Shown one piece after another: positions 35,593-51,329 of a stretch of DNA of 64,000 nucleotides. The translations under genes were made by a program, and so were the position numbers. Source of the stretch: the human T2T-CHM13v2.0 reference genome, Homo sapiens; assembly GCF_009914755.1 (NCBI RefSeq), contig NC_060932.1; one strand, 5' to 3'. The stretch's first letter is position 1. Each line of letters opens with the position of its first letter. The notes under the pieces were generated by a model, which did no database searches, had not been told where the DNA came from, and saw only the letters and a list, made by a program, of their open reading frames with translations.

Positions 35593-37627
35593 AGGAATAA
35601 CACAACTTTTATCATATCCCTTGCTTCATATTTTAACTGATTTAATTTTTAATCTAACATGACAAGCAGCGCAGAAATGTTTAAATTATTACAAAAATTG
35701 ACAAATTACTGTAATTCTTTTTCAGTCATATAATTTTCAGCTCAAATACCTTAGCAGTATCTTTTAGTATGCATTCCATAATTTATTCCTCAGTGGTTTT
35801 CATATTATCCAAAATATCTGGTAATCTATTTATTTGAAATTTAAAATAGAGGAAAATTTTATGATTCAAAGCAAGTTTGTTATGGCTAGTTGGTTTGACA
35901 ATGGAGACTGGCTTTGTTAACTAGGAGATATTTTCTAAAAATTGAATAAGCTAAACCTTCATACTAAAAGTTTTCACAAAAATATATTTTAAACACATAA
36001 AACAATTATAATAAAAATTCACAAAGCTATATTAAAATTAACAGTATTTCTATTTTCTCAACTGCTTCTGAATATATCAGATTTTAAAGAAAGTACCTAT
36101 GAAGGGAGGGAGGGGAACTGATATAAGACATTTGATAAGCCTTTTTGATATGCTTCCTAGAAGCTAAGAAAATAAATGGTTAAGCACTAGGTAACAAATC
36201 CTTTGGCAAGTTGGGTGGTTTCCATTCTTTTGCTTTCAATAAAACTGAAGGAGGACCTAACAGAAGCATTAACTAATGGATGCTTGATGATAAAATCACT
36301 AGTGATTTTTGACATATAACTTGGAAGATTCTGATATCACAAAATTTCCATTAGAATTAACTTATATATTTGAACATTTATGTCTAAGCACTTAAATTCT
36401 ACAAAATCTCAAAACACGAACAGATTTGCCAAACACAAGAACTAATGAAGGAAGAGAGGAGACAGCTGCATTCATTTAAGAATAAATTTCTGATACAAAG
36501 TGAATTTAATCAAAATTTTAATCTATGTATGTTATTCTAATCAACTGTGCACCAATAATTGTAAAAATAACTCAAACCGTAAGTTATTTTTAACACTTAG
36601 AGCTTTACGGTCATAGGAAAAACATTTTAAATTTTGATTTATATTTCAATTTATTTACATATTATTGTGGCAGAAAAGTTTGATAGATGATCAATAAATG
36701 ATTTGAAAGATAAAAATACATAACATTTGGATAAAATTCAAAGGGAGTAACAGATGGGACACAAATATTCAAAGAAAAAATAATTAAAATTCCCAATCAT
36801 TAAGGGAGTTTGTTTTTATACTTTTAAATAATGACATTTAGATTCCATTAGATAAATTTAAAAGTGATATATTTTATTGAAATACTACAATATGCCAGAA
36901 ATTCTGTATTTCTGGTCATCATTTAAATTTTTGCTTGAATAGTGCCACTATTTAAACTTTGCTAACAGAGTGTAGTTATCAACTTAAATATGTACAAAGG
37001 GGTACACAGTTTTTCAAACTGTAGGGAGCACAAGTAAAAATTCTGAAGTTCACTGTTCTAAGACAGACAAAGTTATAAGTAAGCCACATAGGGAAGTGAA
37101 GACCATATTAACAGAGTAGCAAAAACATGACACTTAAATGTCAGTGTCCCTCAACAGAGTGACAGCCCTGAGGGTGGCATTTTTTTCTGGGTATTCCCAC
37201 CATTAGTGCCCTAAACAGCCAATAGATTTTCATAACTGCTTACCATGTGGGGGAATAAATGGATGAAATGAATCAACAGTGAATACTTACGTGTCAAAAT
37301 ACATTATTTAATAATGGGGAGTTATATACTAACATATTTATACTATAACCCAAATACAAACCACAGAATTTAGACTCAGCTAGACACTAAGTCTATTAAA
37401 TTACAAAAGAAAAGCCTTAGCACAGTTAAAAATCTGATTTATATTTTAACCAATAGATGGATGAAATTAAAATAACAAATATAGTACTGTCTTTTTCAAG
37501 AGATGCAACTAGTAACTAATCGTGAATAAGAGTTTGGCAAAAGAAGGGAGCAAATTTGAAATTACTTAGCCATCTTAGCTAAAAATGAAATCCCGCTTTA
37601 ATAAATTTAGTTAAGATTCAAAGTCTT

Positions 37628-37933
<306 letters not shown>

Positions 37934-38493
37934 GATTCAAAGTAAAGCCAAAATCTTATATGATCAAAACTTTGTATTCAAAAAATACTAAACCTTCCAT
38001 CAAACATTAAATTCTAATTCTTTTGTGAGTCAATGTTTTTCTAAGACTCTCAGTAAATGTGTAATTTTCTCCTCCAAGATGCAGAGAAGCCATCACCATC
38101 ATCTGCCTGAACTATGTACTTTTTACTTCTCACATCAATGGAAGTAATAACCTGAAAAATCAATCACATCCTCCCATTGGTTTTGCCAGCCTGTATTCAT
38201 TAAGAGGTGATATACCTACTGCCTAGGCACACTCTTATTAAGTGAAATGGTGAGCTTAAACTGTACCCTTGAGTTAATGCAGATTAAATATGCTTTGGTA
38301 ACTCGCCACAATGCCAAATTAATACAATGTAAAAGGCTTGAGGTATAATTGGCATACAATAAACTGCACATACTGAAAATGCACAATTTTGATAAATTTT
38401 GATGTATACAGAAATTTAACTTCTGAAAACCCTAATCTCCTTCTTTTGCCAAAAAGTTAAATAGGACTTTTGCTATCTGAGAAAAGTACTTAC

Positions 38494-38585
38494 CTTCATG
38501 TAATTCACAATCTTAGCAAGAACACCAAACTTATATCCAGAGCTTCCTGACAAAGCTTTCAAGTTAAATGATCCATTGCTATGAT
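38494..38585 (-). CDS. GTF2E2: TFIIE beta, exon 3, aa 56-86
   Basis: TGCAG|AT...ATGAAG|GTAAGT; 92 nt; (D)[30 protein letters not shown]. Confidence 0.97.
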
Positions 38586-38844
38586 CTGCAAATGAAGTTC
38601 AAAATAACATCGTCATATTATGTGTGATTATGACTCTTGAGCAGCTAAAATAATTTTAATGCTGGTAACATATTTCTTGAGTTTTTCATCTAGTATATTC
38701 TACCCTGTAATATTCTGGTGAAAAATACACAATCTTTGAGTATATACATTAAAGTACCAATTTTCTCACTAAGGGTAGAAACAAAGTATAAATAACTTAA
38801 AACACCAAACCACAATTCTTTTATAAATATCTTTATCACATTAT

Positions 38845-39181
<337 letters not shown>

Positions 39182-40086
39182 TAGACTCGCTCCATAATCA
39201 GAAGTACACTTTATTAAACAAGGAAACAATACAAACCTCAATCCCATCCATAAAGCTAACACAAGGAGTGGATTACTTCTGAGGGAAGAAAAGTTCAATA
39301 TACCACTTTTTACATCAATTTCTGCTTACCAATTTAAGACCAAAAAAATAGGAATTAATGGAAACTAATAGAAAAAAGATATCACAATTATTTTAAAGTA
39401 AACTTTACAGATAAATTAGGAATAAAAAGCCACAGGCACTGCCACTGCATGAACATGGATGCTTACTTTAAAAAGCATCACAGCACTACCCACCCACTTT
39501 GAGAAACACCCCCCTCTCCTTCTCTATCTGGTGTGGAAAACCCTGTACAAAAGATCATTTGTTTCAAAATATCTATCATTTTGTTGCATTCTTACAAGCA
39601 GAAACCCTAATGTCACCACTGCATCACAAATGCATTCCATTAGTCATAACCAGGAACAGTAAAAAATCCATCATAAATACTAGAAAAACATTTTAGAAGT
39701 ACACATTCTATTAGCAAGGCATGAGATCAGATATTATAAAGTTCCCATGTGGCTGATCCACAAAGAGAGAGGTTAAGTAAAAGGGGAGAGGAGAACCAAT
39801 CTCTGGCACCAGGTTGGTAATAATAATTTAAACAAAAGATTGCATTAGAACAACCACAAGTCAAATGTAACAACTGTCAGAGATCCAAAAGAACAGCTTC
39901 TAGATGGCAATACCATACTCCTTTGAGATTAGTGAAGTCTTTATTGAGTATCCTTTTTTGAGACTAAAATGAAACTTCATATGCAATTTTCCTTTAAAAC
40001 TAACTTTGTTACAATCTTAATTAATTGGCACACTGAAGTCTACCATGTTTCCAAAAGTAACAATAACATTAAGAATGCCTTACAGT

Positions 40087-40343
<257 letters not shown>

Positions 40344-40971
40344 TTATAGGTGCTTTTCCATTCACTGTTTCAATTATGAAATATTACCTACGTAGTTCAT
40401 TCTCCCAAGGTGTTCAGCACATCTGTAATAAAAGTAACCAATATTTATTATCTGCTAAACACTATGGTAAATATTCATACGTAATCCCTCCCAAAAAATC
40501 CAACTTAAGAAGTATTACTGTCCCCTTTTAAATATAATAAAATTGAGGGTAGTAAGCAGCAGAGTATAGATTCAAATCCAGTGTAAACCCTGTAATAAAC
40601 AGCCTTTACACAGATTATTCCATCTGAAACTGGCCATTTTGTCAAAGTACAGAAATCTGTGACTGCACATTTAATGCTTGTTTAAGTAAAATAATATTAA
40701 GCTTACCCCACGCAACTGTATAAACAACTGGGAAGACTATGAAAAAAGAGATGACAATGTGTTAAGGACAAACACCACACAAATGGCCAATTATGAATCA
40801 CAAACAGTTGTGCTTATGAGACATGATGCTTATGTCTCTGGCATCTACTACTAACTCAATGTCAAGCTTAGTAAACACTCAATAAATATTTGTTGAATGA
40901 ATGACTATAATACAGATATTTCTATGCATTCCTTTATGGCCCCAGAAACTAATGTACCAATTCATCTATAA

Positions 40972-41268
<297 letters not shown>

Positions 41269-41879
41269 TTCATCTATAATTTTAAAAAAGAAGTCTACAT
41301 AGCATGTACCTGGTCTGCTGCTGTTGTTAACAGCCACTCCCATAATTAAAAACCTTCATTCTGTTGTGCTTAGACCATAACTCTAAATAATACACAGTAA
41401 CTAAAAATACTCTGTCTCTAAAGAGCCAACCTGGAGATCACTTTGCCATTTACATTTTAGAGACTATTTTTTGAATGCAGGTAGTGTATTTACCTAAATG
41501 AGCCCTCTTCCAACTTGCAGAGCTAAAAGCCAATTATTTTCCTTCATAATTCCTCCTAAATCAAACCACCACATGGAAATAATCACTTCCAGAGTGCAAA
41601 AATTATATACGGAACAAGTAATGAAAGAAAAGGAAGAACAAGAAAAATTTATAAGATTTTATGCACACTTCCTGAAGGAAATATCAGGCTGGCAAACCTG
41701 GACTGTTTGTTTCCTAGGTTACTACCTTTCCCGACATTATCTTCCAGCCCTAGCACTGAAGTATTCACTGAAGGATCTGAAATTTTATAATGAAACACTA
41801 AAGAATCATCAATTTGTTAGTAACTCACAAATTCCTATATAGGAATTTAGCTTAAGAACAAAAAAATAAAGGAGAAGGG

Positions 41880-42030
41880 ATGACAGTTGATACCCCAGAC
41901 AGCTCTATTCAAGTTTATGAATGATTTACTCTTAAGGGTGGCAAGACTTAATGCAAATGAACATAGAGGAAACTGTCAGCTCCATTGTGGTTCAACCAAT
42001 AGAAGCACAGCTCCATCTTGGCTGTGCACT
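41880..42030 (+). promoter_or_regulatory. Putative SMIM18 promoter (CpG-poor)
   Basis: Octamer ATGCAAAT 41951-41958, SOX-type CATTGT 41983-41988, CCAAT 41996-42000, TGACAG/CTGTCA at 41881 and 41973. Confidence 0.45.
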
Positions 42031-42087
42031 AGACTGCATTACAAACAGACGATACCATCGCTTCAGCAGCATCCTCTCAGACAAGAG
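42030..42087 (+). other. SMIM18: SMIM18 exon 1 (5' leader); 5' end approximate
   Basis: Donor CAAGAG|GTAGGT at 42087; CCAAT and octamer motifs just upstream; matches my recollection of a three-exon gene model. Confidence 0.6.
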
Positions 42088-43825
42088 GTAGGTTTATATG
42101 ATCTTTTTTATTTAGTGGTACATGTCCTTATGATGCAATAGGAAAATATTTTACCCTGAAAAATCAACCAGAAAGCTTTGCTCCTACTAAATATCAAGAA
42201 AAAGCAATGTATTCGTTTCACCGCTTGGTAGGATTTTATTATGAAAATATGAAGACTGCCTTGTGCTATTTGATAAGCACCCTTACCATCTGTGCCTTAA
42301 TGGAAAATTCATTACATTTTACATGAACCTGATCTATATCCAGACCTCAGAGTAAACCATAGCTTTTTATTTTAACTGGTTACTTGCTAATTTCATTTTC
42401 TCTGAGCGATTTCATTTCTGCAGTTTGGTCTGTCTTAACAAAGGATTTTTCTTAAAGAAAAACCCAGATCAAAAGCGAATTCCAGACTAAAGCTTTCTGA
42501 TTCTATGTGCAAATGATATTGGCTGCTAAAAAATAGTTACTTATAAGAAAGTTTGTTATATTTTTTAGAATATGAGAAAATAGTTCAAAATTATTTTTAT
42601 TTTGCTTTGAATGTAGATGCAGAGAATGCCAAGAAATTATCACAATTTTAATTTTTATATAAAAGATCATAAAAGGTATCACTATATGGGCTGCATTATA
42701 CTACACTGAACAGATAATTTATACAGCTTCAGACTTCCTTAACATTTAATTAAAGTATTTCTTCACTGTGAAATTTCTCTCTCGTAATATAAAGTCATGC
42801 TATTAAACAAAAACCTTCTTAAATAGCCTTTCATTTTTGATATCAATTTATCACACCATTTAAATATAATGTTGAAGTCATTCTTAAACTGATCCTCAAA
42901 ATAAATACAAAGTAAGTCCTTTTGATAAACTGCATTTTAAAATAAAAATATGTCCTAAGAAGAACTGGTTAAGAAAGGAGAGTAAGTACCTTTCTAGGTA
43001 ACAAGATTATCTTCGTGGCTCAGAGCAATCATTCATGTCTATTAAAAATTAATATTAACTGCTGACCAAATTTCTAATTTTATACTATTCAAGCATGAAA
43101 ATTTAGTTATTTACTAGATGTTAGAACTCCATCTATATACTATATCGGACCTAAAGAGCCAGCTTCTGTCCTTTTACCTTGCTGGTAAGTTTATTTAATC
43201 TTTAAAGGGTTTTTGTTTTTTTTTTCTTCATAATTTCTATTCCTTTTCTTAGTCGGCATTCAGCTAGCCTGAGCAAAGTATCCCCTGCAAAACCCAAAGG
43301 TTGCTGTAATAAGATACTAGATCTGTCCAGGTTCAGCACAGTGGGGTTAATTATCTAGAAACCATTTGTGCTTGCTACAGAAAGTACAGAAGCACCAAAC
43401 AAAAGTCTCAGATAAAATAAAAATAACTTTGTCAAATAAAACAGTTAACTTACAAATCAAATTTCAGGTAAACTGTCAACAGAAACCCCTACCACCCACA
43501 TTGTTTTAACACTCTATCATCAGCCTGCATTTTGCTTGGAATATGTCTATTGTTAGCACAGATGGAGGCTCATTGCTGTTTCACCAAACTGACTGGAGAC
43601 ATGGCCTAAGTTCCAGAGCTTAAATTAAGTGAGTTGCTCTATATTTACAGGCTATTAGGATTAACTGATCACATTTCAAAGTGATATGCTTAAAAGCACC
43701 TGAGAATTCAATTCAAAGGCTTTTACCATAAATACAGCAAAAGCATAACTTTATTCTCATCTGGCAACCCAAAGGTTCCAGAACAGTTCCAAGTCCCATC
43801 CCCATTAACACTGCACTGGGGCCTT

Positions 43826-43902
43826 TGGGAGTAAACATATCAAATGGGAGTAAACATATCAAAATGGGAGTAAACATATCAAATGGGAGTAAACATACCA
43901 AA
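43826..43902. repeat. 19-bp minisatellite, 4 copies
   Basis: TGGGAGTAAACATATCAAA at 43826, 43845, 43865 and 43884. Confidence 0.92.
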
Positions 43903-44157
43903 ATTAACATAAAACAAAACTAAAACACATATGCTAAAAAAAAATTATGTGATTTACTTTAAAGCTCCCCATTCCTGTAATCAAATTTTAAGGCATGGGT
44001 AGGGAAGTCCAGAAAAAGATTGTTTTACCTTTTTTTATATACACCATTTTCTCTTGCTTTTCATAAAGAATGTTTACAGCATTTGCTTAATATAAACTTA
44101 CATTTTAATTTCAAAACTAAGTCGCAGGATAGGAGAAAATCCTAATGATGTATTTCT

Positions 44158-44432
44158 ATTTTTTGGCGGGGGGACGGAGTCTCACTCTATCGCCCAGGCT
44201 AGAGTGCAGTGGCGCAATCTTGGCTCACTGCAACCTCTGCCGCCCAGGTTCATGAGATTCTCCTGCCTTGGCTTCCTGAGAAACTGGGATTACACACACC
44301 CGCCACCACAACTGGCTAATTTTTGTGTTTTTAGCAGAGACGGAGTTTCGCCATGTTGGTCAGGCCAGTCTTGAACTTATGACCTCAGGTGATCTGCCTG
44401 CCTCAGCCTCCCAGAGTGCTAGGATTACAGGC
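44158..44432 (-). mobile_element. Alu, 5'-truncated
   Basis: Antisense dimer; TSD CCTAATG.T.TATTTC. Confidence 0.88.
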
Positions 44433-44798
44433 CTAATGGTATATTTCTTTCTGCATGCTTAATTATGCCTAATCCATGAAAGTAAGATTTAGCCTTTACC
44501 CTAAATTAAACATCAAAAGTTACTAGAGCTCTACCACACTTTGAAAGAACATGCCACACTAAATTTAAGGTGGAAAATGACTCCATATTAGAGAGTTTAC
44601 TTTTTTCAGATATGCCCAGAAGCTAACAAACAATGAATGTTTTGAGCCGCTCGGTTATCAATACACTCACAAGACAAATCATCATCATTTACAACATAAA
44701 CCTGACCTATACACTTTCTTAAACTGCTTAGACACTTCCAGCAAAGCATGTAAGTGCCTTTGGAGGTGGCCTATGGTGTTACCTATAGTCATTATTAA

Positions 44799-45413
<615 letters not shown>

Positions 45414-46828
45414 AAGCATAATTATTAAAAGCATTTTTATGTGTGAATAAAGCATACAGTCTAACAAAAATGACAGTGTTTCCTAATCCCAATTTGAATT
45501 TTTTGGAATCCAGAATACTCAATAAATGTATTAAATAGATACATAAACAACAGGCTCTTTTAAGTGAAAGTAAGTTTATTAAGAAAGCAAAGGAATACTC
45601 AGCAGCACTTTAGAAGTTTTATTAGGCTAACGTTTTGTATTACAGTGCATTAAATAAGTCAATATTGACAGCTGATTTAACTAGATGTGTTACATTTTGA
45701 AAGCACAAAGGGATTTTATCTTTTTGAATTAAAGGAGAAAAGCCAAAAAAAAAAAAAAAAGGAAAGGAATAAAAGAATGGTTACTCCATACTACTCCATA
45801 AGCAGGAATAAAAGAATGGTTACTCCATACTAATCCATATTGTTGGCTAACAATAGACTTTTAAGAGAGCCAAGAATAAGGAATAGTGCTTTTTATTTCT
45901 CTTTTTAAAATAGATGATTTACTTTGGTTTCAAATAAATAATATATTTAAATTGTTGAAAAAACAAAAGAACACAAGGTACAGGTTAAGAAGCCTCAAAC
46001 ATATCCCTGTGCCTCACTCTCCTCCCGATGGATCCCCATCCACACCATCATTGTGATTAATTTCTTGTAGGTCTTTCTAAGATTTCTCTGCAGATACACA
46101 AGCAAATAAGAGTATATATTTTCCCTCTTCCTATATACACTATCCTACACCTTGTTCTTTTCACTTAAGAACATATCCTAAATATCTTTCCTAAAACTCA
46201 GTTACCTATGATTCAATTGTGTGAATAAACTATATTAATTTAACCAGAAGAATAGCTCATTAATGGATACAAGTTAAACCTCAAATAACTGAATTTAGTT
46301 ATGTATCTGTCTGCCTTCCTGACTGCCTCTTTCTATTTATTTTTGAGGTAAGGGGACCTGAAAATATTTTAAGCAGTTCACTTATACCTCAAAAGTAGAT
46401 GAGATATCTCTTTTTTGGAAATGGGAGTTTCACTCTTGTTGCCCACGCTGGAGTGCAATGTGCATTTTCCTTCAAAATGCAGGAAAAAAGGAGGCAAGTC
46501 CATCCAGAGAGGTGAAGTGACTTACCAAGCAAACCTAAGAAAACAAAAACCTTAGAAAACATAATTTTATCAACCCCAAAGATTTTATTAAGAAAACAAA
46601 AAAATTTAAGGAATTATATTGTTATGGCTTTGAGTTTGGGGTGTGAAAATAATATTGTGGTTATGTTTAAAAATAGAGTCCTCACCATTGGGAGATATAT
46701 ATTGAAATATTTCTAGGTGAACGATGCCTTGAATTTGCTTTAAAACAACCAATGGGGTGGAAGCAAACAGGTACAGGTAGAGATGGGCCAAGAGTTGATG
46801 AATGAAGTTGCATTATAAGTACATGGGA

Positions 46829-47128
46829 GGCCAGGCGCAGTGGCTCACGCCTGTAATCCCAGCACTTCAGGAGGCCAAGGAAGGTGGATCACAAGGTCAG
46901 GAGTTTGAGACCAGCCTGACCAACATGGTAAAACCCGTTTCTACTAAAAATACAAAAATTAGCCAGGTGTGGTGGCACATGCCTGTAATCCCAGCTACTC
47001 AGGAGGCTGAGGCAGGAGAATCACTTGAACCCAGGAGGCGGAGGTTGCAGTGAGCTGAGATTGCATCATTCATTGCACTCCAGCCTGGGCAACAGAGCAA
47101 GACTCTGCCTAAAAAAAAAAAAAAAAAA
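46829..47128 (+). mobile_element. Alu (AluS) directly upstream of the U5 retrocopy
   Basis: Full dimer; TSD AGTACATGGGA. Confidence 0.93.
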
Positions 47129-47141
47129 GACAGTACATGGG

Positions 47142-47257
47142 ATACTCTGGTTTCTCTTCAGATCATATAAATCTCTCACCTTTTACTAAAGATTTCTTCA
47201 GAGAGTAATAATTCTAAGTCTTAACCCAATTTTTGAGGCCCTGCATCTGCAAGGCTA
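47142..47257 (+). pseudogene. U5 snRNA processed pseudogene (RNU5A-type, probably RNU5A-3P)
   Basis: ATACTCTGGTTTCTCTTCAGATC...loop I CCTTTTAC...Sm site AATTTTTG...GCAAGGCTA matches full-length U5A with substitutions; A-rich tail and AGTACATGGG target-site duplication; no PSE upstream (an Alu is there). Confidence 0.92.
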
Positions 47258-47944
47258 GTAAGAAAGAAAAAAAAAAAAGTACATGGGGTTCATACTACTT
47301 TGTAGTTTTCGTTAAATGAAACACTCTCACACAAAAGGTATCTCCAGAATTTACAAAAATATTTGGTACACATTAGGTAATCAATAAACATTTGTTATAA
47401 AAATAAAATCCTGTTTACAACTATGTAGTAAAGGAAAAGCATACAGAATGACAACCGATAAATTAATGAAGTAGAACTACATTTTTTCTCTTATTTCCAA
47501 AATGTTCTTAGTGCACAGGTTATCTTATAATTTTTAAAACTAAATGTTAAAATATTTGTTAGAGATCAAGACAGTAAAAACTAATTTAGTTCCTCATTAC
47601 TATAGTTCCATACTGACAAATCTTTGATTCTAACAGTCCCCATTTAAGAGCTAACAAGTACCAGGTCAACAAGAGCTAAACTTAATTCAAGAATACTGAA
47701 ACTTGAACTCACCAGCTTCTTTTGTGAAATGGAATAATAACTGATACCTTTGGGAGGGCTGAATTTGTCTGTTTTTTTAAATATTTATGTCTATGGGTCA
47801 CTCAGGTATACGAAACACTTAAGACTATCATTTATAACCCCAAGATTAGGGTCTCTTCACAGATCACTCTAACCTAAAATTTTATTATCCTCATTCTGAA
47901 AATTGGCATTATTTGGTTTTCTTTCTCTACTATTTTTCACTCAG

Positions 47945-48025
47945 CCACTATTTCTGATTCAGATCACCTGTCATCGAAGTTTAAAGAAGGGGAAACAGGA
48001 GACAGAAATACACTGAACCAAAAAG
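47945..48025 (+). other. SMIM18: SMIM18 exon 2 (5' leader, 81 nt)
   Basis: Long pyrimidine tract ending TTTTTCACTCAG|; consensus donor AAAAG|GTAAGA. Confidence 0.75.
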
Positions 48026-48189
48026 GTAAGAAGAATCCACAAGGCTAATGATAAAAGCTTTTCCAGGGGCAGTTTGAAGAACATAACCTTAAAACGCCAA
48101 GGTTTTTTGTAGATAACAGCTCACTGACCACTGCTTTAATCAAGTTTTAAACCAATTCAGCTGCCTTTTCCCCTTCCATTAGCAGTTAA

Positions 48190-48507
<318 letters not shown>

Positions 48508-48679
48508 TAAATATACATATTCATCTAGCAAATAATATATGTTAAAAAACAGGGTATGGTTGACTAAGGACGTTGGCCCAGATATACAAAAAAATTCAAA
48601 ACTACCATTTAGGCATTAATTAAGGAAGATTCATGTTGCCTATACAAATTTACTAAGAAATCTTAGTACTGAGATTTGA

Positions 48680-49048
<369 letters not shown>

Positions 49049-49495
49049 CACTCTATAGAAGATGAACAAAATCTCTGAAAGCAGCTCAACCTCTTCTGAG
49101 AAAAAAAATATATTCTGAGGCCAACTGTTGCTACAAAACAAATTCTGACTGAATGGTTAAAACATTTCTAGTAGAAGGGGAAAAAAAAGTTAAACATGCA
49201 CTGTTTGTGTGTATAGCCATTTCATTAAATATACAGTAAAACTTCATGAATGTGAATTTACTAATCTGTTTAATACTGACACTTCAAAAACTGGATAAAA
49301 GATTCCTAGAGTTCAATATTAAGCAGCAAAAGATAAGCTGGAAAAGACAAGCAAGGCTAATGATGCTAAAATGATTTTATAACTAACCAATTCATGTAGA
49401 CAAAAAATAGTGTGTTGGTAACAAAAAGGCTATTTAAAACATGTTTCTAAGTCTGAAGTAAAATACTTCCACTTATATATATAAAGTTCCTATTT

Positions 49496-49501
49496 ATTAA
49501 A
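49496..49501 (+). terminator. Candidate SMIM18 polyadenylation signal (ATTAAA); a second candidate lies at 49224-49229
   Basis: ATTAAA hexamers in the AT-rich 3' UTR followed by T-rich sequence. Confidence 0.4.
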
Positions 49502-50150
49502 AAGTAGTATTTTCTAATTTACTGAAAACAACTTATATAAATATATAATGACTTGAGTTTTATGTAGGATTAGTATGAAAAAGTCTCAAAATAATCAAAA
49601 ATGCCACAAGTATATTTGCACAAAATTCTCACAAAACTGACTTACTGTTTAGTTAGAAATGCATGATATAGGAAAGGCCTAGTCTATTTTCAAACTAAAA
49701 CTTACTACTACACCCCTTCATTTCCTGAGTTTGTTCTTTCATTTTACCTCTCTTATTTATACTCTCAAAGGCTAAGATAACCAAGGCAGAAAGACTGCCC
49801 CTCCCCCCATCCCCCCAAAAAAGGTCAAAAGATAGGGCCACTCAACACCTGTTGAAATATGGCAGTTTTATTTCTTGGAATTCCAAGGGCTATATAGATA
49901 TTTTGTGACCCTAACACTATTTTGCTATCACCCATGAGCAAACAAAAGCATGCTCTTAACCACCACACTACCCCTAAGTCAGAAATGCCACTCCTGGAAA
50001 TGTATCCTAAGCACTTAGTTCAAATGTACAAGCTCAAGGTACAAAGATTTTTTACAATGGCATTACTCAAAATAACAAAAAATTGAAAATAACTAAGACT
50101 TTAACTAAATGTGGCACATCAACTTAATGAATTATTAAAAAGCAACTGAA

Positions 50151-50528
<378 letters not shown>

Positions 50529-50641
50529 TTAATACAATTATTGATATTATAAATATACACATGAGTAAGGTTTGAAAACAAATATGGAGAATTAGAATAG
50601 CTGGTATATTAAGAGGGCTGTGGGGACAAAAAAAAGCACTA

Positions 50642-51048
<407 letters not shown>

Positions 51049-51329
51049 GAATCTTAACTGCCGGTCTGAAATAACTCTTCCACAAAGTATTTTTTATATT
51101 TATTCTCACATTAGAAACAAACACAAATAATATAACCAACTTTAAAAGGATTTGTGAAGCTTGGATATATAAAATACTTTGGAAACCAGGAACTGAGCAC
51201 TGTTAAAACCATATACATTTTCACAAACGTTGGATTCTTGGCAATAGATGGTAAGTATACAAGTCCTTTAATAATCAGATTTTTTAATAGTGTACATTAC
51301 CAACTTTCTCCCCCACCCTATCCTGTAAT

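Noticed and set aside
43323-43339. CTGTCC-AGG-TTCAGCAC as a REST/RE1 site in SMIM18 intron 1
   Set aside because: Both half-sites are present but in non-canonical order and orientation, and the left half is imperfect; too weak without ChIP data
43826-43902. Short direct repeats (also 1-100 and 2045-2120) as a CRISPR-like array
   Set aside because: Head-to-tail tandem units with no unique spacers, in a mammalian intron, with no cas genes
47142-47257. U5 copy as a functional snRNA gene
   Set aside because: The poly(A) tail, TSD, absence of PSE/DSE and 3' box, and multiple stem substitutions indicate a retrocopy
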